From Balanoglossus misakiensis (taxonomy: Eukaryota > Animalia > Hemichordata), in the NCBI GenBank assembly GCA_040954595.2, contig CM082598.2, forward strand, positions 1,984,001 through 2,048,000: a stretch of DNA of 64,000 bases, given 5' to 3'. Below, piece after piece: positions 26,959-39,990 of the stretch; position 1 is the first letter of the stretch; each line of letters starts with the position of its first letter. Under the pieces are notes generated by a model. That model worked only from the letters and a program-made list of their open reading frames with translations. It searched no databases and was not told the DNA's origin. The translations under genes were made by a program, and so were the position numbers.

Positions 26959-29900
26959 ATGGGGACACGCTCTCTTGTCCTTCTACTTCTGGTTGTAGCG
27001 GTATCCGCACAAGGTAAGATTTTATCTGCAACAAACGCTCGTTTATTTTGGAGTTTTCTCAATAACTACTTTGCTGACTTCCGTGGGAAAACAACAAATG
27101 AAATTTATAACAATTTCTTATGCCTGTAGGGCGTACATGTACATACCATTGTCATGATTATCTTTCTTAAACTGTCTGAAAATCAACAGTTTTGTCAATT
27201 TCTTGAAGTAAGCAAAATCTCATATGAAATTTAATTATAAAACAAGTGCGTGTTGTAACCAATCTGATTAACTTGAAATCAGATGTAGGGTTGGCTCGAT
27301 TTTTACATTTGCTGATTCTTGGTTGCTCTGTTCCCGGATGTCCGCTACACAACGGCAATATAACGAAAACGATTCTATATTTTGTACTACTTATTTTGGT
27401 CCCCGCACTGTCAAATACTCAACGTTCACTGCCTTCTCAAGACTAAATAAACTCACTGCAAAGCTGTAAAACAAGACAAATATGTTGACCACCAACCTTT
27501 ATCTGACAAATTACAGAAAGGAATGGTCGTTTAACTTGTCCAGATACACTGTATGTGACAAAACATTTTATTCGGCTCACTTTAAATGCCCATACAGATG
27601 ACGGGTTACTCATTACGTCGTCATATGCTATCAGATTACAGATTTGAATTCATTAGTTTTCAAGATTTATTTTTAAAAGTCTGTCAGAGTTCAACATTTT
27701 CATTAAAAATGTGTGCTCAAAGAGAATATATAGCAACAGTGATGGTTCTTTGCTTATAAGCACCATAAGTTAGACTCCTACAAAAATATTGGTCTATGAT
27801 AATAAAACCCAGTGCATAGCTGTTTATAATTTTCATATTCTGCAATGGAGTGGTCAAGTTTGTCTAAAAATAAAACATGGGGGTAGTCACAGATGACGCC
27901 AAAGCAGGGATTATTCGTAAGCCGAGCGACACGTTTCTCTGATGGTGGGTGGGGCAACAAGCGGTAACTTCTGTCTTGTTTTGGATTCGGAAAGTTGAGG
28001 TTGGTAAAGTGACATATAAAGCCCACAGTTTCACCGTCCACCACCCCTAACTACAGAATACTGCGCCCCTAGCTCTCCTCCCCCGATCTAGAAATGACGT
28101 CATAGCGCGTATCCTTAATCTTATTTCAAGAGAGTTTGTTTGAACAGTTGATGGTAAGAGAGTGCATAGAAGCTTATTTCTTTGTCTTAGTCTAGTTTAT
28201 GTGTTTTGGATCTGCAACAATGTTTTTGATTCATATGCTGGCCTGGAAGTTATATTTTGTGGACTGAACGAGCGGGTAAGTTATCTGATAACGTTTCAAA
28301 TTGTCGTCTGCTGAACTAGTCACCATGTATACCTCAGCGTATACGCGACCATTAATTTTTTGTAAAATACGCAGTACCTTGTCTTAGACAGTCACAGGGA
28401 AGAGGAGGGAAATCGTTAACGGAAAGGTAGGTTTTGGAAAAGAGGTCGAATTTCCTTGTTTTAACCGAAGGCGAAGGTTTATACATAATAACATAGTCGC
28501 GTCAATACCATGATCGCGACAGTATGTACAAGGCTGTGTTGCAGACGACAATTTCAATTAATGGTCGAGTGACGCGGATAAAGTGGCACGTGGAAACTTT
28601 TACCTGTCTCGGTTATAAATGTTCATTCAGCTTGTCAAAACTATGACACATTCTTATAGAAATATTGAAAGAAAATGGAAAAGTTTGCGGTTCTACGTGT
28701 GCTAATTTAGTTGGTGTTTTACTTTGTGACCTTAAATTTTGTAACTTTGTAACTTTTCAATTGTGTAGTTATGCAAATTGCAACTTTTTTTAGTCGAAGC
28801 GCCACCAACTTGTTTTTATTTGTCAAAACTGGAAAATGGATATATTTTAAGCCCCCCCCAATACTTTTTTGAGATTCAGAATATGTCATTCAGTTATATG
28901 CATAATGTCTTTTAACTGCAAATAGTTCAAAATGCCATTTTATGTAAATTAAGTTTTGGGTTGGTACTGTCCTTATGCATGTTATGTAGATTCGTGAAAG
29001 TCAGTAATTATTAATTGTTGGGCGTAATGCGAGATTCCCAAATGTTACTTTTTATCGTGACTAGGTATCAATCAAAGTTTCTTCAAGTTTGTTCAAAATA
29101 GTGCACACACTCAACTGGAAGTGTATTAGGCTGGAAAACCCCTTTTTATAAAAAAAATAAATAGTTGTTCTAATTCAAACTTCTCTTTTCAGACAGTGAA
29201 CTTGTCAACATTGCCCTCGGAAAGCCAACAGAACAGAGTTCAACAGATTGGCACGCTGATGCATTTCATGCTGTTGATGGTGATAGTGATGGTGAATTCT
29301 GTCACGGCACTTGCACCCTGACCAAGAAGGACCACCAGCCTTGGTGGAGAGTCAATCTGGTGAGACCGAGAGAGGTCCACTCCGTGGTCATCAAAAACAG
29401 AAAGGATTGTTGTAGTGAGTAAACTTATATTCAAAATCTCTTTTTACGGATTTCAGTCTTTTGCACAATTACATTAAATGACCCATTACAGTGGTAAATA
29501 CTTCTAAATATCGAATTGATTAGTACTGGTATTTGAACAGCACTCCCAATAAAGTTTACTGTTTTGCATTTTGGTAATGTATGCTAACAGGCAGACAAGA
29601 GGAACTAACAGCTGGTTAACCCATATAAAGTTTGCTCATTAGTGTGTGTGTTTCTGTGGGGGTTTAGAAATATTATAAACAGTCACATGCTGAGTTCAGT
29701 GGGTGTTTTAACTGTAGACTTGCTGTTTTTTACATCACTACCATAGCTACTAGACTAATAGATGCCGAAGTTAGAGTTGGAAATCATGAAGAGATTGATG
29801 GAAATGTCAACACTCAATGCGGCAGCACTGTCACCAGGGCCATGGTGGAAGACAGCGACACGCTGACCTTCGACTGCAAGGCAAACGGACAACCAACAAC

Positions 29901-32900
29901 TGGGCAGTTTGTCACTGTCCAGATCAGAGGCAGGCAAGAGATTCTGTCACTCTGCGAAGTAGAAGTTCTCTCAGACCGTGTAGAGGTTGATGTCGACATT
30001 ACAGACCCAGAAGTCATCGTTCAACCACCATCTCCAGGTTAGTGATAAATGATAACAGACCAAAGAATTGCATGCACATACATTACAGTGCCACATTTTA
30101 ATCCAAAATTCCTCTTTTTTCGATCTTCCATCCAAATATTCCTGTTTTTTCAATGTTCAAATGTACACTGGTTTGGGACAACTCCAAATGGTCAAGTGAA
30201 AACTGCACCACAGTAATTTGTGATAGAAATCTTGGGAGATCTTGCAATGCGCATAAAATCATCTATCTACATTTCAACGCCGAATCATCTTCGTGTTAGT
30301 TTGCAGAGTTCCAAGTGGTTTGATAAACGCAGCACCTTATAAGTTTACCTCTCAGTCATCGAGAAGCGGAGAGGCCAGTGCCAGCAGAGCCACTGATGGA
30401 GACACCAACAGCGATTTCCAGCACGGTTCTTGTTCGCAGACGTTAGCAGAGCAGGATCCTTGGTGGAAAGTGGACCTGGAGAAACCCTATGATGTCTATC
30501 AGGTGACAATCACCAACAGGCAAGACTGCTGTGGTAAGAAAAGTCATTAAATTCAAACAAAAAGATGCCTTGTGGCCTACTAGGCAGGGGTACAGTCAAA
30601 CCTGTCTACAGTCAGTGGCATGTCAAGGAACTTCCCTAAATTGGCCTTTATGGTGGTCTTTATAGACAGGTCAATTAATGTACATGTTAATTGTACAGGG
30701 ACTGTAACAAAGTGACCACTATATAGAGGTGACCACTATATAGAGTTGACCACTAAACAGAGGTTTGAATGTACCAGAATTACAATTTGGTTGGTTGGGG
30801 AGTTTCAGTCCCAAAATGGCCACGAACTTTATATCGGGGTGGTGACTTCATGACGTCTAACTAGATTTGTATAACAAGATCTCAAACAAATACCACTGTC
30901 CCCTCATGATATTTTCCATCATGAACTAAACTGAAGTGAGCTTGATCTTTCGTATTCTTTTGAACTTTTCCAGCAAGTGACATTTTGAATGCAGAAGTCA
31001 GAGTTGGCGACAGCCAGGACATTTTTGAAAATGCCGTCTGTGGAGGATTAGTGCCCGAGGATCTTGTGGAACAGGAAACCATTAATGTCGTTTGCGCCTG
31101 TGGGCAGCCTTTGACTGGACGTTACGTCAGCGTGCAACTGATCGACAACGGCGTACTGACTCTCTGTGAAGTTGCAGTGTATGTCAATCCGGAACCTGTT
31201 GTTGTGGTGACTGCATTGCCAGGTGTTCCTGGTGGCGTTGTTGGCACCGGAGAACCTGGTTCTGGCGAGGTGGTTATACCCGGCGAACGGACACCTGGGC
31301 CTATACCAGGGCAACCAACGCTTGAGCCCGGCCAACCCTTACCAGGCCCAGTGGTAACTGTGGAACCTGGTCAACCAACTCCAATCCCAGTTGGTCCAGG
31401 GCAGCCAATAACAGAACCAGTCAACCCCATACCAATTCCTGGACAAATCGTACCGGGAACACCTGGACCAGGTGAAGAAGGAGGTAAGTTTTTCATATGT
31501 TGAAAATAATTACCAAAAGTTCAAAGTTGTCCTTGATTTGAACCAAGGAATGCCTGTCAACTACATGTAGCAAATATCAGATTCACCACCAGAAATGTGG
31601 AAAGTGCAGTCTTACTTTTTTGTGAGGAATCCTGGTTGTGCATTATGAAATGAACCTTTCTTTCCAGTGTGTTTCATGCCATCTGATGTTCAGAACACGG
31701 CGTACAACATGCCGGCCTATCAGATTTCTGTCAAAGACGGCGGCGTGGCTAGTCTGGCTGTGGATGGAGACACCAACAGTGATTATGCCGGGAATTCCTG
31801 CATTCAGACAAACAGGGAACAAGATCCGTGGTGGAAAGTGGATTTATTGTTGCCTCAATATGTCTATGCTGTCAAGATAACTAACAGGAAAGACTGCTGT
31901 GGTTAGTATAATTTTACTACTTTTGCAACTGATTACAGGTGACAATTAAACCAGAAATTCACTCTATTTTAAATTGAATTCCTAACATCGTATCACATGT
32001 ACAAACAGTTTTCTCCTGCCAGTATGTTATGTTGAAAACAACTTTTGTGGTCATATTCCATCTAAGCTGTAAATAATTTTAGTGACAGTTTTTCTCACAT
32101 TGTACCTTACAAGGACTTTATAACCACAGCTACTCTACAGTTCTTTAAGCCCAGTTGATGCAAGTAAAATTCCCAAGTGAAATCTATGTGGCCTATCCTG
32201 GATTATTATAGAATAAAGTAAATTGTTGTTAAACTCCAGATTTTAGGTTGAAGGGGGCAGAAATCCGTGTTGGCGACCGGGAAGATTTCACCAAGAATGA
32301 GTTGTGCGGAACCGGCCCGATTGAAGACGCTCTCACCAGTTTGGAAACGATCTGGATCTCCTGCGCTTGTGGTGTGCCGCTTCGAGGTCGCTTTGTCAGC
32401 ATTCAGCTTGTCGACAAGGAGCAGATTCTGAACTTATGTGAAGTTGAGGTTTGGTCAAGCCCAGCTGAAGATCTTGTAACTATTGACTGGGGAACAGCGG
32501 CTACGTTTACGTTCGGTCCTGTTGTTACAACAGAAGGGCGTAAGTAAAATTATAGTTGTAGATCGATTCATGCTAAGTTCGCTGATCAACATTTTTTCTT
32601 GGTTGATTATCTGCTAGAAAATTTTATAGACAGAATCACAATGAATTATTACCACCAAGCATATTGCAAATAGACCAGTTGTAAGAAATTAAGAATGTGG
32701 TTTGACAAAATGGCATCATAGTTTTACTTGGTGAATACTTCAAGTCTGGTAAGAGATGTCTCAGAATAATTGCCTTATTGTCCCTGAATTGTCTCTGTGA
32801 GAAAACTGACGAGATGATGTTCAAATTATAAAATCTGCCCTGCACAGGATTTACATTGTTTACTATGGTAACACCAGCATTTTTCTCGGCAATTTGTCAC

Positions 32901-34543
32901 GTGTATCTAATCACCGCGTGATAATCAGTGGCCCAAATGACCGCTGTGAAATATTTACAGACTTTTTGATTTCTTATGATTTTTTTCTCCTACAGCCTGC
33001 CCTCTACCTATCGGTCTGGTAAACGCTGCAGAGAACACCCACCCAACCCAGAGTTCTGTGAAAAAGGAAGGTTTTCCCGGAAAGGCAGTGGACGGAGATA
33101 AAAATAGCGATTTAGCTGGAGGGTCATGTACCTACACCTCTCGTGAATTGGAACCTTGGTGGACAGTTGATCTCGGCCAAACTCGGGACATTTACAAGGT
33201 TTCTATAACGAACAGAATGGACTGCTGTCGTAAGTTTGTTGCATGTGCCAAAATATCCACACCATTTGCTTTGCAAAGTCTTAACAAACACTGGTCAATA
33301 TTGACGTCATATTAAGCTGACCAAGTAAATGTAAACTTTTTTGTATTTATAAACTTTTTGTTCAAGGAAGAATACAAAGTGATCAGTGCGTCTGTGTAAA
33401 TTATAAGTAATTTTTGTGGACTGTAACCGTTAACGTTGAAAAATATAATAATTGTAAAAAACATCTTTAAATACAAATTGAGTATCAAGTGATGCATTTA
33501 ACAATGAAGACATTATGATAACAACAGGTGTTACTTTTTAAATACTTTATAAGTGTACAGGAAAGAATCCAAACCCTGCTATCTTCTCTTTTCTTCCAAA
33601 CAGCATTCCGATTGAAGAACGCGGAAATAAGAGTTGGAGACAGTGAAACTTTCGATGAAAACACCCTCTGCGGGAGTAGAATCACCGGTCGGAAGGCTCT
33701 GCAAGAAACCATCCACATGCACTGCGACTGCAGCAATCCGATTAGAGGCCGTTATGTCAGTATACAGATTAAAGACAAAACGCAGGTGCTGACGTTGTGT
33801 GAGGTTGAAATCTGGAGTTCTGAAGAGGTCCACCTGACAACACTGACACCGGAAATCAAAACACCAGATCGTAAGTGATGGGCAGAACTTTATATCTAAG
33901 AGATACTGAACTGTACATAGACCACTTCGCAGATAGGGTATCTGTAATGCATGATGGTATAATTTGCGTTCAACATAGCGTCTAGCACATAGGATAATGG
34001 TTCAACTTACATGATAATAATTTTATTTTTCTTGCAGCTTGCGCAGTACCAGTGAGCCTTGTCAACGTGGCGGCAAACAGACCAGTCCTGCAAAGTTCGA
34101 CGAAAAGTGGTGGCGATGCTGAGAAAGCAGTGGACGGTGATCTGAACAGCGACTACGCGGGAGGCTCCTGTACACAGACTGATAAAGAAGATAACCCATA
34201 TTGGCAGGTTGATCTGGGAAAGATGCGAGACATCTATCATGTGACCATCACCAACAGGTTCGATTGTTGCTGTAAGTCAACTGTAATACATACAGAGAAA
34301 TTGATCTGGTTAATTTGGGTGAACACAACCAATTTCTTGTTATTTTTCAATCACATTATAGTAAAAGAATGTACATTTCCATAACTATGAAAACACACAT
34401 GCAGAGAAAGCCTTTTCTGGCCTTCATAATCATAGTTATGGAAATAATGCTCTTTTACTCTTATTTTTAACATCGACATCATGATCAAAACATGATGATG
34501 ATGATGAAGATGATGATGATGATGGTGGTGGTGGTGGTGGTGG

Positions 34544-34574
<31 letters not shown>

Positions 34575-37500
34575 ATTTATTTTTTTACAGCATTCAGACT
34601 GAAAGAAGCGGAAATTCACATCAGTTTTACGCCGGACTTCGCCCACTATGAAGTCTGTGGCGAGAGAATCTCGGGTTCGGCCGCAAACGAGGAAACCATC
34701 GATGTCGTGTGCAAATGCGGTGAACCCATCCTTGGCCGCTACGTCAGAATTGGTCTTCATGGAAGGAACCAAATGTTGACACTGTGTGAGGTCCAGGTGT
34801 TTTCCTATGGTCCTGCTGAGTTCACCACTCTTGGAACAAATACAGGCGTACCGCTGATAACAGACCATCGTGAGTATACACAGTGCGAAAGTTACTTTTT
34901 ATTGAATAGATTAAACCCAGACGTCATGGACGCGCTCTGTTACAAAGGAACCTGAGCGTGCCTAAAACAGCTGTAGAAATAGAAATTATATTCTCTGTCT
35001 AGGTATTGGAAGTTTGTTACTTATTCCTTTTTCCTTTTTTGAATGTGAAGTTTGTTACTTATTCGCAATCTGAAGTTTGTGACTTTTTCCTGCGTCTCTT
35101 TTCCATAGAACTCTGCAGTTGTGTGTCTGCACGCTACATCTTTTGGCAATTAAATGCTAATGTCCTTGACGCATGTGATGAGCGTACAGCTCTTACAAAA
35201 TAGTTTTCACGCAATGCATTCTGCTAACATTCCTTCAGAGCAACTGGGTGTGGATATCCTGGCTTTTAGTGAGAATCTCTTTTTCCTATCTTTAAAGTGA
35301 TTGCCAAATTCTGGTTGGACGATCAACTAATTGTGCACACTAAACTATCTCACTAAAATCTCTTTGCAGCTTGCCCTGTGCCGGATGACTTGGTCAACGT
35401 AGCAGAAGGAAGACCCACTTTGCAGAGCTCTGTGAAACAAGGAATGCTGCCGGAGAATGCCGTGGATGGAGATGTAAACAGCAACTTGGAAGGAAACTCG
35501 TGTTCGATGACAGACAAGCAGTTCAATCCTTGGTGGCAAGTTGATCTCGGAAAACCTCGCGATATTTATCATGTGACGATTACAAACCGATTTGATTGTT
35601 GTTGTAAGTATACCATAATTCATATATATGTATGCATGAATGCATGTGTGTATTTTTAAAACAAGCAACGAGAGAGGGCAAGAAGGAATTGATGGCTCTT
35701 GCGTTATCTTAAAAACCTTACTGAAAACACTCAGCATATCCATCAAAGTGTCCAACGCAGCCCCCAGGTTTGACTGCAATTATTGTTGATCAACCTATAT
35801 AAGATTAGGTGCTGGTACAAACCAATTTTGAAAGCGTTCAACAGTTTTAATTATTGGGATGTGGTTTGCAGCTTTCAGACTCAAGGAAGCACAAATCCGC
35901 ATCAGTGACACACCAAACTTTGAGGAATCATCGGTCATATGTGGACATAAAATAACAGGGGATGCTGCTAATGAGGAGACGATCGACATGATCTGTAAAT
36001 GCGGAGAGCCAGTCACTGGTCGCCATGTCACCATAGAGCTGCACAACAAAACCCAGTTGCTGACATTATGCGAGGTTCAAGTGTGGTCTTACGGCCCTGT
36101 GGAATTCACGACGCTTCAACCAAGAACTGAACCACGTAAGTTAGTTTCTACTACTATGATGAAGATTTTAGCTCTTTCTTCATTTGTTGTCCATGCATCT
36201 ATTGCTGTTTGTCAACAACTTTTTCTCAGAAATCATTAGTCATACAAGGTGTCTGCCTTGTCATTGATCACAAAAGAAATATTGACTTGTGGCATCTGTG
36301 GTCGTAATTTCAGTATGATATACCATTTGACAAAAATGCTCAGCTTACATGTATGTGTTGTGGCATTTTTATTTGCTGGTCAGCATAGCCATTTTCACCC
36401 TTTCACCACAATAGTTTGTCCAAGTTCATTGTTTTCTATGGTAAAGTTGGATCTTTACACAGAGAAGTGAGGATGGGTGGTTCAAACGTTCTTATTGTCT
36501 ATTCAAGCTTGCGAACTTCCTGGAGGGCTGACTGCAATCGGACAAGGAAGAGCAGTCAGACAGAGCACAACACAAGGAATTCACAAACCGGAATTGGCGG
36601 TAGATGGTGACAAAAACAGCGACTTTAAATATTGCTCATCAACACAGAAGGAGTTTGAATCCTGGTGGCAAGTTGATCTAGGAAATACATATGATGTGTA
36701 TGGTGTCGTCATCACCAACAGATTCGACTGCTGTTGTAAGTATACATTCAAAAGAAAAACAGTATTCTTGTAACCCTTTTTTACAAGTTTAATATGCCAA
36801 GTTTAAATTTCAGGCTTTCTCAACATCTTACTGAGCATTTACAAAGTAAAATAAGTGTCACATTCGTAAATGCTAAAAAAGATTGACTTTGTTTTATTGT
36901 AGTGACTTATAATTCACCGATTCGTTTTTGAATTTCAGCCTATAGACTAAAGAATGCACAGGTCCGTGTAGGCGACCGACCAGACTTTTCACAGAACGCC
37001 AAATGTGGAGAAAACCCTCTCACCAAAGAAGAAGCAGACCAAGAAATAGTTACTGTAATGTGCGCCTGCGGACTTCCCGTACAGGGACGCTACGTCAGCA
37101 TCCAAATTCTAGAACTGACTCAATCAGTGACGTTGTGTGAAGTGGAAGTTCTGGTACCCGATGAGACACCATTGCCGACATTTCCTCCTTGGGGTCCTAC
37201 AACGGTAAACCCATTTGCAACGACACCTGCATGTAAGTATAGCTTGTCATAGTACAGTAAACATTATTAAAGCTTTATTAGCTGTAACTTTTCGCTATGT
37301 TTTCAGCATTTTCATTTTGCGTATCTCCTGCAGTTTCTTTTTCAAATTCCTGAAACGTGATGAAATGTTTCAGTTACAGCTAATGTCCCTGAAATAAAGT
37401 ACTTTTCTGAGACATACCCATATGATAAAGTTAGTCAGGCAACTTGTAGTATTTTGTGCAGTATTAAGAAAGTGTAATTTTTTTCTCACATGACACGCGT

Positions 37501-39990
37501 GTAAATACATCAATTATATTTTTGTCCTAATCTTTTACTTGACAGTGTGTCCAAGACCTGATGGTCTCGTCAATCAAGCTCGCAACCACCCAGTGTTTCA
37601 AAGCAGTATGAAAGGTGGCGGAGTTGCAGAAAGAGCAACTGATGGCGACAAGAACAGCGACTACGGCGGGAAGAGTTGTACTCAGACAGCCAAGGAGAAA
37701 AACCCATATTGGGCGGTTGATCTCTTGCGAGCAAGAAGTGTCTTCGAAGTTGTCATCACCAATAGGATGGATTGCTGCTGTATGTGAATATGTGACATTT
37801 TTTAACTCGTTCAAAATGATTTATACCACGTCCGTAATCGCTGTTGTGATTTGCCAATGTTCAGTCTCAACACAGATCGTGTTCAGACCAAACATAACAT
37901 GATTGAAATCACTGTGAGGTTTTCTTTTAATTGGATAAAGTTAAAGTTTAGAGTCAGGGTTGGAACTGTAGATCCATTTACAGGAAACATGTCTATTTTC
38001 TTGGCCTAACTAACTGTAGCATAACAGTTTTGAGAAGAAAAAGTGTAATCAGGGAAGGCCAGATGCCTCTGAGTTTTCAAGATATTGCATCAATCAATGC
38101 ATGAGAATCAAAGATGACCACTTCACTGATGAATTTGACGATTAAACTCACTCGCGATGACTAAAATCGTGGTTTCATCTGATGCTTTCTGATTAATGAC
38201 ATTCATTTTGTTTTCACAGCCTATCGAATCAGAGATGCTCAAATCCGCGTTGGAAATAACCAAAATTTCGGACTGAATGCACTTTGTGGACCGGCAGCGG
38301 GAGTTGATATAGACGATGCTCAACAGGAAACAATCCGTGTCAGCTGTAACTGTGGAGAGCCCGTCAGAGGGCGTTATGTTAGCATCCAGATCATCGGCGA
38401 CAATGAGATACTGACATTGTGTGAGGTGCAGGTCATGGCGTATTCAGACGAAATGGAAATACCTACAACAATCCTCCCAACAACTTTGCCTGTAACAACA
38501 GATTTAGGTGCGTTTAACCCAGGTCCTCAGATAAAACTTTACAAATCTTACTGTCTGACTGATCTTTATAAATCCATACACATTGCCCATGGCTTTGTAA
38601 AACATGTTACCATGATTTACTCTTTCTTAAACTCTTGTCTCCATCGAGAAAAGATACTTTGTAAACTGGAACATCAGAGGTACATGTAACATAGCAAGGG
38701 AAGAACAATGATATGAATGTGGCCTTGACACTGGTAACATACTAAATGAAGGGACCTTTTCAGATGCGGTACCTCTTATCTCCATTGAACCTTTTATGAA
38801 CCCTGTTCCTCAAACAAACCATTGCCAAAGACTTAAAGACATGTTGAGAATACTTAAATTTTGATGTCCTGGCTTGCATATTGATGACTTATTTACATTT
38901 GCTATGGCAACCATGCAGGACATGCATGTAAATGCACAATCTGTACTTAGACATTTATGTTAAATACTGTAAGTCACGAATTAAGTGTTTTCATTTCCTC
39001 TTTCATACAGTCTGTTACGTGCCAGAAGCTGCCATCAATGTTGCTAGGGGAAAAGTGGCCACCTCAAGCTCACAGCGACAATACGGTACTGCTGACAGAG
39101 TTGTTGATGGTCTAAGGAACACTGACTTTTCTGCGGATTCTTGTATGTTGACGAAGTCCGAGATGGAACCCTGGTTGCTCATTGACTTGGAACAAAGCTA
39201 TGATGTTTATAAAGTGGTTATCACCAATCGTATGGACTGCTGCTGTAAGTACCACGTTCAGTTTCTTAAATATTTTAGTCATGCATTTAAAAGTACTGGT
39301 GTATGGTAACCTATGCAAATTTAGCTAGAGTTACCATTGAGATCTAGCCAATCACAGATTTTCAGTAGGTGGCACACGCGAAAAAAAGCCTCACCATATG
39401 TACTGTACTTTAGAACACTCAGATACCATACGCTTTTAAGTGTAGTGTTGAAAACTTTGGAAAATCTTTTTGACACAGACACAAAATTAGAAAGCTCAAT
39501 CAAGTAAGAAAGTAAGTAAGTAAGGCTTTCCATCCGTACATCTGACCATCCATCCTTTCTGTGGCAGTTAATGCAAATGTAGCCAAAATTGGAACATGCA
39601 ATCTTACTACCAAAAATCTTACAACCAAATAATCATACTTGTTCTGCGACATATAGGTAAGACATTGATAGTAAAAATAATGTGGTACTAATCAAAACCA
39701 TTTATACGGTACAATGAATTCGCTGGAAAAAATATCATGCTAGTTTTGACATTTGCTTTGTAGCATTCAAACTGGCAAATGCGGAAATACGTATCGGCGA
39801 CCGTATCAATATGGATGAGAATCATCTTTGTGGATCGAGATTGACGCGTGACGATGTAAATGGTGTGGAAACAATTGAAATGATATGCTCTTGCAATGGT
39901 TTTGCCCGGGGCCAGTTTGTGAGCATCAAGGTAGTGGAGACAAAAATACCACTAAGTATATGTGAAGTGGAAGTCTTTGCAACACCGTAA
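26959..39990 (+). CDS. Secreted protein with nine tandem F-type lectin (fucolectin/FTP) domains and Pro/Thr/Gly-rich linkers, about 1620 aa, 19 coding exons
   Basis: Kozak GCCACCATGG and signal peptide MGTRSLVLLLLVVAVSA. Exons: 26959-27013, 29193-29414, 29747-30037, 30300-30533, 30974-31483, 31668-31901, 32240-32539, 32996-33229, 33604-33870, 34038-34271, 34591-34869, 35370-35603, 35872-36135, 36508-36735, 36939-37232, 37546-37779, 38220-38507, 39011-39244, 39764-39990. All GT-AG, all phase 1, 4863 nt open frame. Each exon pair encodes N-x-A...QSS...AVDGD...C-x-x-T...PWWxVDL...V-x-I-TNRxDCC | xxRL.xAEIRVG...CG...C...GRYVSIQ...LTLCEVEV, the F-type lectin fold. AATAAA at 40477. Confidence 0.93.
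30591..30773 (-). mobile_element. Tc1/mariner (pogo-like) MITE, family B
   Basis: TA-CAGTCAAACCTGT ... AGAGGTTTGAATG-TA with internal GTGACCACTATATAGAG repeats; reverse-orientation homolog of 46316-46500. Confidence 0.8.
34492..34574. repeat. (GAT)n(GGT)n(GAT)n microsatellite abutting a splice acceptor
   Basis: Direct reading. Confidence 0.95.
36394..36477 (-). mobile_element. Degenerate piggyBac-type MITE (family A)
   Basis: ACCCTTTCACCAC...CATTGTTTTCTATGGTAAAGTTGGA matches 11910-12001. Confidence 0.7.

Noticed and set aside
34485-34868. 127-aa minus ORF with poly-Ile/Thr; similarly 26535-26750 with poly-Ser/Thr
   Set aside because: Microsatellite translation plus antisense of a lectin exon.
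29193-39990. Regularly spaced repeats as a CRISPR-like or prokaryotic system
   Set aside because: The periodicity is from spliceosomal exon pairs encoding protein domains; the sequence is eukaryotic, with no CRISPR array, operon, tRNA or rRNA recognised.
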